Shown one piece after another: positions 1 through 9,819 of a stretch of 64,000 nt of DNA. The notes under the pieces were generated by a model. That model saw only the letters and a list, made by a program, of their open reading frames with translations, was not told the DNA's origin and searched no databases. The stretch is from an uncultured Actinomycetes bacterium (lineage in GTDB: Bacteria; Actinomycetota; Thermoleophilia; Gaiellales; Gaiellaceae). Every line of letters begins with the position of its first letter. Positions within the stretch are counted from its first letter, which is position 1. The position numbers were made by a program, and so were the translations under genes. The stretch spans positions 151,921-215,920 of the forward strand of contig CAWIHQ010000004.1 in the NCBI GenBank assembly GCA_963835965.1, written 5' to 3'.

Positions 1-2
1 GC

Positions 3-1079
3 CGCCCGGCACTCTCACTCGTCCTGTCAGTCGGGTTCATGCTTCTTTGCGCCTCGCCGATCTTCGGCCTCCATATCGGGGCTAACGGCGTCGCGACGCT
101 GCCGTCGAGCCTGCCCTCGAAGCAGGGCTACGTCCTGCTCCAGCGCACCTTCCCCGTCCAGAATCCGGAGCCGGTCCGCGTCGTCGCGGTGGGCGGTGAC
201 TCGGCTGAAGTTCACCGCGGCCTCGTGCAGCTCGAGCGCCGGCTCGCGGCCGAGGGGAGCTTCGGCCGCGGCACGATCCAGACGGCTTCACGCGACGACG
301 TCGCGCTACTCACCGCACCGGTTCGCGGCGACCCCGTCGGTGGCGCGGCCGTCGCTGCGGTACGCGACCTCCGCTCGAACGTCATCCCGTCGATCTTCGA
401 CGGCACCGGCGCGCAGGTGTACGTCGGCGGCGACACGGCCGAGAACGTCGACTACTTCGATGCGGTCTCGAATCCGACGCCGTACGTCTTGCTCTTCGTG
501 CTCGGGCTGAGCTTCGTGTTGCTCACGGTCGCCTTCCGCTCGATCATGGTCGCGCTCGTCTCGATCGTGCTCAACCTGCTCTCGGTGGGCGCGGCCTACG
601 GGCTGCTCACGCTCGTCTTCCTCGACGGCCACGGCGCGAGCCTCTTCGGCTTCCAGCACACGCACGTGATCGACGCCTGGGTGCCGCTCTTCCTCTTCTC
701 GGTCTTGTTCGGCCTGTCGATGGACTACCAGGTCTTTCTCATGAGCCGGATCAAGGAGCGCTTCGACCAGACCGGCTCGACCAGGGACGCGGTGGTGTGG
801 GGCGTCGCCTCGACGGCTCGGATCATCACCGGGGCGGCGCTGATCATCGTCGTCGTCTTCCTCGGCTTCGCTCGCGGCCAGCTCGTGATGTTCCAGCAGA
901 TGGGCTTCGGTGTCGCGGTCGCGCTCCTGCTGGACGCCACGATCATCCGCTCGGTCGTGCTCCCGAGCATGCTGACCCTCCTCGACCGGCGCAGCTGGTA
1001 CCTGCCGCGCTGGCTCGAGTGGCTCCCGCACGTCGAGGTCGAGCGGCCGGCCGAGGCGGCGGACGCGGTGACGACCTAG
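3..1079 (+). CDS. MMPL/RND-superfamily membrane transporter, C-terminal part (5' end cut by window edge)
   Basis: Frame is open from nt 3 with no stop before the listed ORF. Several hydrophobic helices and an MMPL-like C-terminal half (FLMSRIKERF, GAALIIVVVFLGF, LLDATIIRSVVLPS). Confidence 0.75.
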   Translation, partial: RPALSLVLSVGFMLLCASPIFGLHIGANGVATLPSSLPSKQGYVLLQRTFPVQNPEPVRVVAVGGDSAEVHRGLVQLERRLAAEGSFGRGTIQTASRDDVALLTAPVRGDPVGGAAVAAVRDLRSNVIPSIFDGTGAQVYVGGDTAENVDYFDAVSNPTPYVLLFVLGLSFVLLTVAFRSIMVALVSIVLNLLSVGAAYGLLTLVFLDGHGASLFGFQHTHVIDAWVPLFLFSVLFGLSMDYQVFLMSRIKERFDQTGSTRDAVVWGVASTARIITGAALIIVVVFLGFARGQLVMFQQMGFGVAVALLLDATIIRSVVLPSMLTLLDRRSWYLPRWLEWLPHVEVERPAEAADAVTT

Positions 1080-1268
1080 GCGGACCTCTGAGACCGCGCT
1101 GGTCGTAGCAGAGGCTCCCGCCGCGGGGGATCGTCATCCAGCTGATGCAAGCCGAGGAACGCCCCGATCGTTCGGGGGTGGGAAGTGGCCGCCGCGGATT
1201 CGTGCGGACAAGATCACGGGGACGCGGCGTCAGCTCGCGCGCGCGTGCGCCGAGCTCCGCACGGTTCG

Positions 1269-1676
1269 CTAGTCGGGCTTCTGTCGCAATTGCTTCGTCC
1301 GGGAGCGTCGCTTCTTCTGCTCGAGGCGACGTTTACGGGCCGCGGCGGTCGGCTTCGTGGGCACACGCTTCCGTTCGACGCGGAGCGCCTCCCGCAGCGA
1401 CGCGACGAGGCGCTCGACCGCGAGCTCGCGGTTACGCGACTGGCTCCGCTCGTCCTGCGCCACCGCCCGCAGCACCGGGCCGGCGCGGGAGATCACACGC
1501 CGCTTCTGCACGTCGGTCAGCGCGTTCGACGCCTCGACATCGAAGACGGCGACGGCCCGCGTCTCGGACTTCTGCGCGTGCTGCCCGCCGGGCCCGCTCG
1601 AGCGGGAGACCTGCAGCTCCACCTCCGCCAGCGGCAGGACGACCGAGCGCGTGACCCGAATAGACTCGACGGCCAT
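1269..1676 (-). CDS. arfB: Alternative ribosome-rescue factor ArfB (peptidyl-tRNA hydrolase, GGQ motif, basic C-tail)
   Basis: MAVESIRV...RSSGPGGQHAQKSETRAV... with a Lys/Arg-rich C-terminal tail. ATG at 1676 (cat at 1674-1676 on the + strand). The upstream part of the 259-aa ORF looks non-coding. Confidence 0.85.
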   Translation of the reverse strand: MAVESIRVTRSVVLPLAEVELQVSRSSGPGGQHAQKSETRAVAVFDVEASNALTDVQKRRVISRAGPVLRAVAQDERSQSRNRELAVERLVASLREALRVERKRVPTKPTAAARKRRLEQKKRRSRTKQLRQKPD

Positions 1677-2454
1677 GGCCGCGATTCTGCTCGACGTGGA
1701 CGGCGTCCTGCACGTCTCCGGCCAGCCGCTGCCGGGTGCGGCGGCCGCGGTGCGCAGCCTTCGCGAGGACGGGCACCGGCTCCGCTTCGTCACGAACGCG
1801 ACGACGCGCTCGAAGGCGGACCTTGCCGCGGGCCTACAGGCGATGGGCATCGAGCTCGAGGTGGGGGAGGTGCAGACGACAGCCGACGCAGCGGTCGAGG
1901 CCCTGCGTGGGCGGCGCGTCCTCGCGCTCGTCATGCACGCGCTCGTCGGCGACCTCGAGGGGATCGAGCTCGTGGGCGACAACGTCGACGCGGTCCTGAT
2001 CGGCGGCGCGGACGACTCGCCCGAGACGAACCTCGTCTTCTCGTACATGAACCTCGCGCGCGCGTTCGCGGAGCTCGAGCTCGGGGCCGACCTCTACTGC
2101 CTCCACCGCAACCGCTGGTGGCAGACGCAGCGCGGGCCGCTGCTCGACTCCGGCTGCTATGTCGCCGGGCTCGAGTATGCGGCTCAGACCGCGGCGACGG
2201 TACTCGGCAAGCCGAGCCCCGCCTACTTCGACGCCGCCTGCCGAGCGCTCGACGCCGAGCCCTCCATGGCGTGGATGGTCGGCGACGACCTCGAGACCGA
2301 CGTTGCCGGGGCGCGCGGCGTCGGGATGCGCGCCGTGCTCGTGCGCACCGGCAAGTTCCGGCCCGACGCCGTCGAACAGTCGCGGATCAGGCCGGACGGG
2401 ATCGTCTCCTCGATCGCCCATCTCCCCCAGTGGCTCGAGGAGCACATGGCGTGA
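1675..2454 (+). CDS. HAD-superfamily hydrolase, subfamily IIA (NagD/LHPP-like phosphatase)
   Basis: MAAILLDVDGVLH (DxDG nucleophile motif at the N-terminus), FVTNATTRS, GKPSP, MVGDDLETDV. ATG at 1675. Confidence 0.8.
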   Translation: MAAILLDVDGVLHVSGQPLPGAAAAVRSLREDGHRLRFVTNATTRSKADLAAGLQAMGIELEVGEVQTTADAAVEALRGRRVLALVMHALVGDLEGIELVGDNVDAVLIGGADDSPETNLVFSYMNLARAFAELELGADLYCLHRNRWWQTQRGPLLDSGCYVAGLEYAAQTAATVLGKPSPAYFDAACRALDAEPSMAWMVGDDLETDVAGARGVGMRAVLVRTGKFRPDAVEQSRIRPDGIVSSIAHLPQWLEEHMA

Positions 2455-2822
2455 GCGTCCACGTTGGCACCGATTTGATCGAGATCGAGCGGATCCGGCG
2501 CGCGCTCGCGCGCTACGCGCGCTTCCGCGAGCGCTGTTTTACGGAAGCGGAACGCGCCTACTGCGACTCGCGCCGGAACTCGGCGCAGAGCTACGCCGGC
2601 CGCTTCGCGGGCAAGGAGGCCGTCGGCAAGGCGCTCGGCTTCGGGGTCGCCCGGGCGTTCGCCTGGCAGGAGGTGGAGATCGTTGGACGTCCGAAGCCGG
2701 CGGTGCGTCTCTCCGGCCGGCTCGACGAGCGGGCGGCCTCGCTCGGGATCGAGGCCGTCGACCTCTCGATGACGCACTCGCGCGAGCTCGCGCAGGCTGT
2801 CGCGGTCGCTACAGATGCCTGA
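2451..2822 (+). CDS. acpS: Holo-[acyl-carrier-protein] synthase
   Basis: VSVHVGTDLIEIERI...FTEAERAYC...AGRFAGKEAVGKALG...EVEIV. GTG at 2451 overlaps the HAD stop (GTGA). Confidence 0.85.
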   Translation: MSVHVGTDLIEIERIRRALARYARFRERCFTEAERAYCDSRRNSAQSYAGRFAGKEAVGKALGFGVARAFAWQEVEIVGRPKPAVRLSGRLDERAASLGIEAVDLSMTHSRELAQAVAVATDA

Positions 2823-4143
2823 GCTCGAGCCGCTCTACTCCGCAGAGGAGATGCGCGCCGCCGAGGCGGGCCACGACGTCGACGCGATGATGCAGCGCGC
2901 GGGGGCGGCCGTGGCCGAGGAGGTCATTCGCCGCTTTCCCGACGCCCGCCGCATCGCGCTCCATGCGGGTGGCGGCGCGAACGGCGGCGACGGACGCATC
3001 GCCGCCGAGATTCTGTGCGCACAGGGGCGTGAGCTGGTCGACGAAGTGCCGGACGTCGTGATCGACGCGCTCCTTGGCACCGGGCTGAAGGGAGCGCCGC
3101 GGGAGGAGACGACGCGGCTCATCGAGCAGATCAACGAGGCGGGCGTTCCCGTCGTCGCCGTCGACATTCCCTCGGGCGTGAACGCGTCGACCGGAGAGGC
3201 AGCGGGCGGCGCCGTCCGGGCCGACGTCACCGTGACGATGCACGGCCCGAAGGTCGGCCTTGCGGTCGCTCCTGGCCGCTTCCACGCCGGTGAGGTGGCG
3301 GTGGCGGACATCGGCCTCGAAACGGCGGAGACCGAGCACCGGCTCGTCACGCCGGAGATCCTGGCCGAGGTGCCGCGCCGCTCGCCGCGCGACAACAAGT
3401 ACACGGCGGGCCACGTCCTCGTCGTCGGCGGCTCGCGCGGCATGACCGGAGCGCCGGCGCTCGCCGCCCGCGCCGCGTTCCGCGCCGACGTCGGCTACGT
3501 CACGATCGCCGCCCCGGCCGAGTCGCTTCCGGTCCTCGAGACACTCGTGCTGGAGGCCGTGAAGCGGCCGCTGGAGGATGTGTCCGAAGCTGCTGGACGC
3601 GCGAAGGCGCTAGCCATTGGACCTGGACTCGGACGCGAGAAGGAAGCGAAGACGCTCGTCCGTCGCCTCCTCACCGAGGTCGAGCTGCCCGCGGTCGTCG
3701 ACGCTGACGCACTCTTCGAGCTGGAGCCTGGCGAGTGGCCGGCCCCTCGTGTCCTCACCCCGCACGAAGGCGAACTTGCACGCCTGCTCGGGCGCGAGTC
3801 GAAGGAGATCGCGGCGCACCGGCTGGCCTCGGTGCAAGAGGCGGCGGAGACGTTCCGAGCGGTCGTCGTGCTCAAAGGCGAGGACTCCCTGGTCGCGGCC
3901 CCCGGTCGCGGCGTGCTGGTGTGCGCTCTCGGCCTCCCTTCGCTCTCGACCGCCGGCACCGGAGACGTGCTCACCGGCGTCACGGCCGCCTTCCTCGCAA
4001 AGGGGATGGAGCCACAGCGAGCGGCCGCTGCGGCCTGTGTGGCGCAGCAACTCGCATCCCACGAAGCTTCACAGCGCTATGGCCTCGTCGCGAGCGATGT
4101 GATCGAGGCCCTGCCGCGCGTGCTGGCTCTCGGTATCGGGTAG
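2815..4143 (+). CDS. nnr: Bifunctional NAD(P)H-hydrate repair enzyme Nnr (YjeF_N epimerase + ADP-dependent dehydratase)
   Basis: N-terminal YjeF_N-like region (GGGANGGDG, DALLGTGL). C-terminal carbohydrate-kinase-like region (KYTAGHVLVVGGS, GTGDVLTG). Overlaps the acpS end by 8 nt. Confidence 0.85.
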   Translation: MPELEPLYSAEEMRAAEAGHDVDAMMQRAGAAVAEEVIRRFPDARRIALHAGGGANGGDGRIAAEILCAQGRELVDEVPDVVIDALLGTGLKGAPREETTRLIEQINEAGVPVVAVDIPSGVNASTGEAAGGAVRADVTVTMHGPKVGLAVAPGRFHAGEVAVADIGLETAETEHRLVTPEILAEVPRRSPRDNKYTAGHVLVVGGSRGMTGAPALAARAAFRADVGYVTIAAPAESLPVLETLVLEAVKRPLEDVSEAAGRAKALAIGPGLGREKEAKTLVRRLLTEVELPAVVDADALFELEPGEWPAPRVLTPHEGELARLLGRESKEIAAHRLASVQEAAETFRAVVVLKGEDSLVAAPGRGVLVCALGLPSLSTAGTGDVLTGVTAAFLAKGMEPQRAAAAACVAQQLASHEASQRYGLVASDVIEALPRVLALGIG

Positions 4144-4444
4144 CCGGTCGATCCGCCAGATCTCCTCGGGAACCCGGAAGTTCTCGAGGCGGCCGGTCCG
4201 CTCCAGCCAGAACACGCGCCAGGGCGAACCGATCTCGAGTTGGAGTGAGAGCCAAGGGCCACTACGGAAGGGACCGAGGGACGGCGGGCGAGCTTGTCCC
4301 AGCGGGCGGCTACCGCGGCGAGCAACACGAGGGCTGCGAGCGCGACGACCCCGCAGCCTGTCCGTACGACGCCCAGGCGGGAGCCGCCTTCTCATCGGAC
4401 CGCAATCTGCCCCGCCTCCCGGCGTCCAACTAGGCTGGACGACC

Positions 4445-5458
4445 GTGCATCGGAGCGAGATCACGATCGACCTCGGCGCGATCCGCCACAACGCTCGGCG
4501 GCTGCTCCAGGCGCTCGCCGGAGCCGAGCTCTGGGCCGTCGTGAAGGCGAACGGCTACGGCCACGGCGCAACCGACGTTGGTCGGGCGGCGCTCGAAGCC
4601 GGCGCTTCGGCGCTCTGCGTCATCACCGTCGCCGAAGCGATCGATCTGCGTCGCGAGCTCCCGGAGGCGCGGATCATCGTGATGTGCCCGACCGACGAGC
4701 TCGCCGCAGCGCGCGAGGCGCGCGTGGAGCTCGTCGTCTCCGTCAGCGGCGAGATTCCGGCGGACCTTCCGGTGCACCTGAAGCTCGACACCGGCATGGG
4801 CCGCTGGGGGCTCGCGGAGCTGCCGGAACCGCCGGCGAACGTGCTCGGACTGATGAGCCATCTCGCCACGGCCGACACCGACGCTGCCTTCGCGCAGCGG
4901 CAGATCGCGCGCTTCCGCGAGGCGACGGAGGCGTACTCGCATCTCACGCGCCACATCGCAAACAGCGCCGCCGCGCTGCGGCTGCCCGAGGCCCGCTTCG
5001 ATGCCGCCCGCTGCGGGATCGCGCTGTACGGGATCTCGCCCTTCAACACGGATCCGCCCGCGAACGATTTGCGGCCCGCGCTGGCGTGGCGGAGCCGGCT
5101 CGCACGGGTCTTCCTCCTGCAGCCCGGAGAGAGCACCGGCTACGGACGACGGTTCGTCGCCGAGCGGCCGACGTGGATCGGGATCGTCCCCGTCGGCTAC
5201 GCGGACGGCTTCCGTCGAGACATGAGCGGCACCTACGTGCTCGTCGACGGCGAGTCGCGAGAGGCGGTCGGCACGGTCTCGATGGACGCGTTCGCCGTCG
5301 AGCTCGGGCGCGAGCTGCCGGTGGGAACGCCGGTCACCATCGTTGGTGACGGCCTGCCGATCGAACGCCACGCTCGGGTCGCCGGAACGATCGGGTACGA
5401 GATCGCCTGCGGGATCAACTCGAACCCGGCCCGGGCCCGCCGTGTCGTCGTCGACTGA
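4445..5458 (+). CDS. alr: Alanine racemase
   Basis: GTG start. AVVKANGYGHG (PLP lysine motif), HLKLDTGMGRWG, YGRRFVA...VPVGYADG, GYEI. Confidence 0.9.
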   Translation: MHRSEITIDLGAIRHNARRLLQALAGAELWAVVKANGYGHGATDVGRAALEAGASALCVITVAEAIDLRRELPEARIIVMCPTDELAAAREARVELVVSVSGEIPADLPVHLKLDTGMGRWGLAELPEPPANVLGLMSHLATADTDAAFAQRQIARFREATEAYSHLTRHIANSAAALRLPEARFDAARCGIALYGISPFNTDPPANDLRPALAWRSRLARVFLLQPGESTGYGRRFVAERPTWIGIVPVGYADGFRRDMSGTYVLVDGESREAVGTVSMDAFAVELGRELPVGTPVTIVGDGLPIERHARVAGTIGYEIACGINSNPARARRVVVD

Positions 5459-6143
5459 CCGCTTCGCCCGTACGGCGGACCGCGTCGCGGCGCGGCAGGA
5501 CTCTCGCGCGGCGCGGCTTGCGGAAGAGGTGCACGACTTCGTCCGGCCGCGCGGCGACGAGCGCGCGCTCGATGTCGGCACAGGCGTAGGGGCGCTGGCC
5601 TTCGCCCTCGCTCCGATCGTGCGGGAGGTCGTCGGGCTCGACCCCGTCCCGGAGCTGCTCGAGCTCGCGCGAGTCCGCAGCCTGTCGAACACGGAGTTCG
5701 TCGAGGGAGACGGAACTGCGCTGCCCTTCCCCGACGCCGCGTTCGACCTCGTGGGCACACATCGCACGCTCCATCACATAGCGGAGCCCGAGCTCGTCGT
5801 GGCCGAGCTCGCCCGGGTGACACGCGCCGGTGGTCACGTGGTCGTCGTCGATCAGCTCGCACCGGACGACCCGGCCGCGGCCGCTGCGCTCCACGAGTTC
5901 GAGACCGCGCGCGACCCCTCGCACACGCGCCTGCTCACCGACGAGGAGCTGCGGAAGCTCTTCGCGGCGAGCGAGCTCTCACTCCTCCGTGAGCGCCACG
6001 AGGAGGAGCGGCGCGACCTCTCGACGTATCTCGACCTCGCGGGCTGTGAGGGCGACCGCCGCGCCCACGCCGAGGCGCTTGCGGGAGCCGACGCCCGCGT
6101 CCTCGCCGCGAGCGTCGGCTGGTATCTGCTCGCGCGGAGCTAG
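5442..6143 (+). CDS. Class I SAM-dependent methyltransferase
   Basis: ALDVGTGVGALAFALA (motif I), FDLVGTHRTLHHI, GGHVVVVD. GTG at 5442 chosen (overlaps the alr end); start uncertain. Confidence 0.7.
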   Translation: MSSSTDRFARTADRVAARQDSRAARLAEEVHDFVRPRGDERALDVGTGVGALAFALAPIVREVVGLDPVPELLELARVRSLSNTEFVEGDGTALPFPDAAFDLVGTHRTLHHIAEPELVVAELARVTRAGGHVVVVDQLAPDDPAAAAALHEFETARDPSHTRLLTDEELRKLFAASELSLLRERHEEERRDLSTYLDLAGCEGDRRAHAEALAGADARVLAASVGWYLLARS

Positions 6144-6559
6144 CTCCCGGTGACGCCGCCTTCGAGGCTGGCGAACGCCTCGCGCAGCTGCGCGCGTTCC
6201 GTCTCGAGCTCGGTGAACGAGAGCATCAGGCGCCGCTCCCCCTCGGGCGTCAGACGCAGGTGAGCGACCCGCGCGTCCCGCTGCGACTGCTCGCGCTCGA
6301 TGAGCCCCGCGCCCTCGGCGCGGCGCACGAGCTCGGTCACAGTGCTCTGCGCGAGCTGCATCCGCTCGGACAGCTCGGTCACCGTTGACTGCTCGCCGCC
6401 GTTGCTCGCGCCCTTGATCATCATCAGCAGCGTGTAGCGCTGAGGCGTGAGCCCCGACTGGCGGGCAATCTTCTCGCTTCGCCGCAGGAAGTGCCGTAGA
6501 GCTGACCGGAACTCCGCAACGGCGATTACGTCCTGGATCGTCGCCTCCTGTTGGACCAT
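6140..6559 (-). CDS. MarR-family transcriptional regulator
   Basis: 139 aa. LTPQRYTLLMMI...TVTELSERMQLAQSTVTELVRRAEGAGLIERE...D.R...L.LTPEG is a winged-helix MarR pattern. Confidence 0.85.
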   Translation of the reverse strand: MVQQEATIQDVIAVAEFRSALRHFLRRSEKIARQSGLTPQRYTLLMMIKGASNGGEQSTVTELSERMQLAQSTVTELVRRAEGAGLIEREQSQRDARVAHLRLTPEGERRLMLSFTELETERAQLREAFASLEGGVTGS

Positions 6560-6568
6560 GCTGCGATT

Positions 6569-7318
6569 CTATGGAGCTTTCGGCAGGCGCGAAAGGACAC
6601 GGGTGAATACGTTCGGCATCGCGTCCTGCAGCGGGGCGACGGGACCGTAGTACCAGGGAACGGTCGTCTCACCGCGACCTTCGTCGAGCGAGCGGAGGAC
6701 GTGCGCCGCAACTTCCTGCGGGCCGATCACCACACGCTGGACGGGTGACGGCAGCCAGGACTGCGGAAATCCCTCCGTCTCGGTGAAGCCGGGTTTGACC
6801 GTATGCACCCGGATCCCCTCGCCGCGCAGCTCGGCTGCGATCGTGCGCGAGAAGGCGAGCTGGGCGTGCTTCGAGGCGGAGTACGGGCCGCTCGGTGGCC
6901 CGGCGACGACGCCCGAGACCGAAACGATGTTGACGACGTCCGCCGGCGCCGCCGCGCGCAGGCCCGGCAAGAAGCCGCGGAGGCACCAGATGGCGCCGAG
7001 GTAGTTGATCCGGATCAACCGCTCGATCACTTCGGGATCGCCGTCGAGGAAGCTCGTTCGTCCCGGGATCCCGGCGTTGTTGACGAGCAGGTCGATCTTC
7101 GGCTGCCGCTCGAGCACGCGTGCCGCGACGGATTCCACGGCAGCGCGGTCGGAGACGTCGCACGGCTCTGCCTCGGCGTTGAGCTCGTCGGCGAGCGCCT
7201 CGAGGCGCTCGGCGCGGCGGGCGAGCAGGATGCAGAGGTCGCCGCGCGCCGCGAGCAGGCGCGCAATCTCCACCCCGATGCCCGAGGAGGCGCCAGTGAC
7301 GACCACGACCCGGCCCAC
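6569..7318 (-). CDS. Short-chain dehydrogenase/reductase (SDR)
   Basis: VVVVTGASSGIG, NNAG, YSASKHA. GTG at 7318 chosen just before the Rossmann motif; the longer 318-aa ORF N-terminus looks non-coding. Confidence 0.8.
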   Translation of the reverse strand: MGRVVVVTGASSGIGVEIARLLAARGDLCILLARRAERLEALADELNAEAEPCDVSDRAAVESVAARVLERQPKIDLLVNNAGIPGRTSFLDGDPEVIERLIRINYLGAIWCLRGFLPGLRAAAPADVVNIVSVSGVVAGPPSGPYSASKHAQLAFSRTIAAELRGEGIRVHTVKPGFTETEGFPQSWLPSPVQRVVIGPQEVAAHVLRSLDEGRGETTVPWYYGPVAPLQDAMPNVFTRVLSRLPKAP

Positions 7319-7548
7319 GCAGGAGAGGCTATCTCTGGAGGAGGCCTCGGCGGAACGGAGGCCATGCCGGCCCGCCGCGCTGAGCGCCGCAACTCCTCGC
7401 TTCGCTCGTCGGCCGACTTCGTCGGCTGCAGCGTCTTCGGTCGCGCCGATAGGAACCGCTATCGGCGCTCCCTGCGTCCTTGCCTCGCGACACCCATCGC
7501 GACGCTCCAGCGGGCACCGCCCCACCGAGACCTCCTAGGATCGCCTCG

Positions 7549-8328
7549 ATGGCCGGAGCGTTCGCAGGGAGACGAGGGCTGGTGCTCGGGGTCGCCAACA
7601 AGCGATCCATCGCGTGGGCGATCGCGCGCGAACTGGCGGCAGGCGGAGCGAGCCTCGCCTTCACGTACCAGGGCGAGCGAATCGAGCCCACGGTGCGCGA
7701 GCTGGCCGCCTCGGTCGACGCCCCGCTGGTGACGGAGTGCGACGTCCGCTCAGACGAAGACGTGGCGCGGGTCTTCGGTGAAGTGGGAGAGGCGTTCGGC
7801 GGCGAGCTCGATCTGCTCGTCCACTCCGTCGCGTTCGCCGCGGCGGAAGACCTCGAAGGCCGCTTCACCGACACGCCGCGCGATCGCTTCTGGCTCGCGG
7901 TCGACGTGAGCGCCTACTCGCTCGTCGCCTGCGCGCGTGCGGCGGAGCCGCTGCTGGAGAAGGCCGGCGGCGGCTCGATCCTGACGATGACGTACCTCGG
8001 CGGCGAGCGTGCGGTGCCGCACTACAACGTGATGGGCGTTGCGAAGGCGACACTCGATGCGTGCGTGCGCTACCTCGCCTGGGATCTCGGCGCGAAGAAC
8101 ATCCGCGTGAACGCGGTCTCTGCCGGGCCTGTGCGGACGCTCGCGGCTCGCTCGATTGCAGGCTTCACGACGATGGAGGACATCGTCGAGGAGCGCTCGC
8201 CGCTGCACCGCCACGTCACCGCCGACGACGTCGGCGCGGCGGGCGCGTTCCTCCTCGGCGACGGTGCGGGCAACGTGACCGGGACGACGCTGTACGTCGA
8301 CAGCGGCTACCACGCGATGGGCATGTAG
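7549..8328 (+). CDS. fabI: Enoyl-[acyl-carrier-protein] reductase (NADH), FabI/InhA type
   Basis: GLVLGVANKRSIAWAIA, HSVAFA, YNVMGVAKATLDA (Tyr/Lys catalytic pair), RVNAVSAGPVRTLA. ATG at 7549. Confidence 0.85.
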   Translation: MAGAFAGRRGLVLGVANKRSIAWAIARELAAGGASLAFTYQGERIEPTVRELAASVDAPLVTECDVRSDEDVARVFGEVGEAFGGELDLLVHSVAFAAAEDLEGRFTDTPRDRFWLAVDVSAYSLVACARAAEPLLEKAGGGSILTMTYLGGERAVPHYNVMGVAKATLDACVRYLAWDLGAKNIRVNAVSAGPVRTLAARSIAGFTTMEDIVEERSPLHRHVTADDVGAAGAFLLGDGAGNVTGTTLYVDSGYHAMGM

Positions 8329-8329
8329 C

Positions 8330-9520
8330 TCAGACCCGCGTCCACGCGGGACGGTCGACTGCGACCTCGATCGGTAGCGCATCCGCCGGGGCTGCGTCCG
8401 AGGATGTCGACAGCCCGAGGTGCTCGGCGAGGAACGGGCTCAGGTACCGGCCGACGATCTTGCCGGGCGGCCACCACAGTGGCTGGGTGTCGACGACCGA
8501 CGGGCCGGCTTCCTCGTGACGCAGGAACCGCGGCACGAACCCGGTGAAGAGCAATCCGCGCAGGACCGGGCGGCACGGGCTCGGCTGCACATGCGCCCCT
8601 GCGTCAGCGGCGATCGCGTCGGCGACGGCATCCGCTTCCTGGGCTGCGATGCCGCCCTGCTTGATCGAGGACTGCATGAGATCGCCGGCGGCGTAGACAT
8701 CGGTGAGTCCGGCGACGCGGCCGTACTCGTCGGTCGGGACGAAGCCGCGTTCGTCCTGGGGTATGCCGTCGAGAGGAGCCCCCTCCAGCCTCGGAAGCGC
8801 GACGACGGCGTCGGCGGCGACCGCGCCACCGTCCGCGACTTGGAGCTCGCCGTCTCCGAACGCAACCGGCACCGTCGCCGTTTGAAGGGCGATCCCGCGC
8901 ATGTCGAGCAGCTGCGCCATCGCCTCGCTTGCCTTCGTCCCGAACAGCCCGAGCGGCTGCTCTTCCGGCGTGACGACTGTGAGCTCCGCATGCGTCATGT
9001 GCTCGGAGAGGTACTCGCCTGTCAGCAGGGCGAGCTCGTAGAGCGGCAACTGCCAGGTCGAATCTGCCGGAACGGCGAAGGCGAGCCGCCCCAGATCGCG
9101 AGTGGTCGCCCGCTCGAGCAGACCCGCCAGCTCTTCGCCGTCCTCGGGAAGGCCGCGGAAGGTCAACGCTCCGGGCACGGCGGGGAGCGGCCGCGCCCCC
9201 AGCGCGAGGACGAGGACGTCGTACTCGACCGTACTTCCGTCCGCGAGCACGGCGCGCGTCTCGTCCGGGTTCACCCCGACAAGCGCACCGTGGCGCAACT
9301 CGGCGCCCGCGGCGCCGACGAGCCGCGCGAGCGGGAACCGGCGAACCTCGCCGACGTGGAACGGCTCGGCCACCGCGAGCGGCCGGTAGACGAACTCTTC
9401 CTCCGGCGCGATCAACTCGACCGAGACGTGCTCCGCTGCGATCGCCTGCAGCGCGAGCGCGGCCTCGAGCCCGGCGACTCCGGCGCCGGCTACGACGACG
9501 TGCCTGCGACCGTCCTTCAT
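8330..9520 (-). CDS. FAD-dependent pyridine nucleotide-disulfide oxidoreductase (NDH-2 / sulfide:quinone oxidoreductase-like)
   Basis: MKDGRRHVVVAGAGVAGLEAAL (dinucleotide fold), DVLVLALGA, VYAAGD. Only the C-terminal 396 aa of the 811-aa track ORF look coding. ATG at 9520. Confidence 0.75.
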   Translation of the reverse strand: MKDGRRHVVVAGAGVAGLEAALALQAIAAEHVSVELIAPEEEFVYRPLAVAEPFHVGEVRRFPLARLVGAAGAELRHGALVGVNPDETRAVLADGSTVEYDVLVLALGARPLPAVPGALTFRGLPEDGEELAGLLERATTRDLGRLAFAVPADSTWQLPLYELALLTGEYLSEHMTHAELTVVTPEEQPLGLFGTKASEAMAQLLDMRGIALQTATVPVAFGDGELQVADGGAVAADAVVALPRLEGAPLDGIPQDERGFVPTDEYGRVAGLTDVYAAGDLMQSSIKQGGIAAQEADAVADAIAADAGAHVQPSPCRPVLRGLLFTGFVPRFLRHEEAGPSVVDTQPLWWPPGKIVGRYLSPFLAEHLGLSTSSDAAPADALPIEVAVDRPAWTRV

Positions 9521-9819
9521 CGCCGGTGATGATCGCACCGTGACCCCGCTGCGGCATCCGAAGCAAGTACGGATTCGCGCTCGGTGACCGTCCGGACCGC
9601 TGCCGCCGATTTGCGCGTATTCGGGGTGTGAGGCGTCTCCTCCCGGGGCTGCTGCTCGTCCTCTTCTACCACCACCACTGCGTCCCCGGCACGGCGCCCA
9701 ACCGGCGGAACCACCAGCTCTCCGGCACCGCTTCCTTCGTCGTCGAGCTCTCGGGCGGACGCGTCTCACCGCGCCAGGTGCGCCGCCACGGCGTGCAGTG
9801 CTCGCTCTCGGCGCTGTGC

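Noticed and set aside
4144-4444. Possible small minus-strand gene between nnr and alr (TM-like ..GVVALAALVLLAAVAARW.. in one frame, ..LQLEIGSPWRVFWLERTGRLENFRVPEEIWRIDRL.. in another)
   Set aside because: It needs a frameshift to join the two protein-like parts. It has no convincing start codon in the TM frame, and it would run antisense into the nnr 3' end. It could be a decayed small gene, but it is not supportable.
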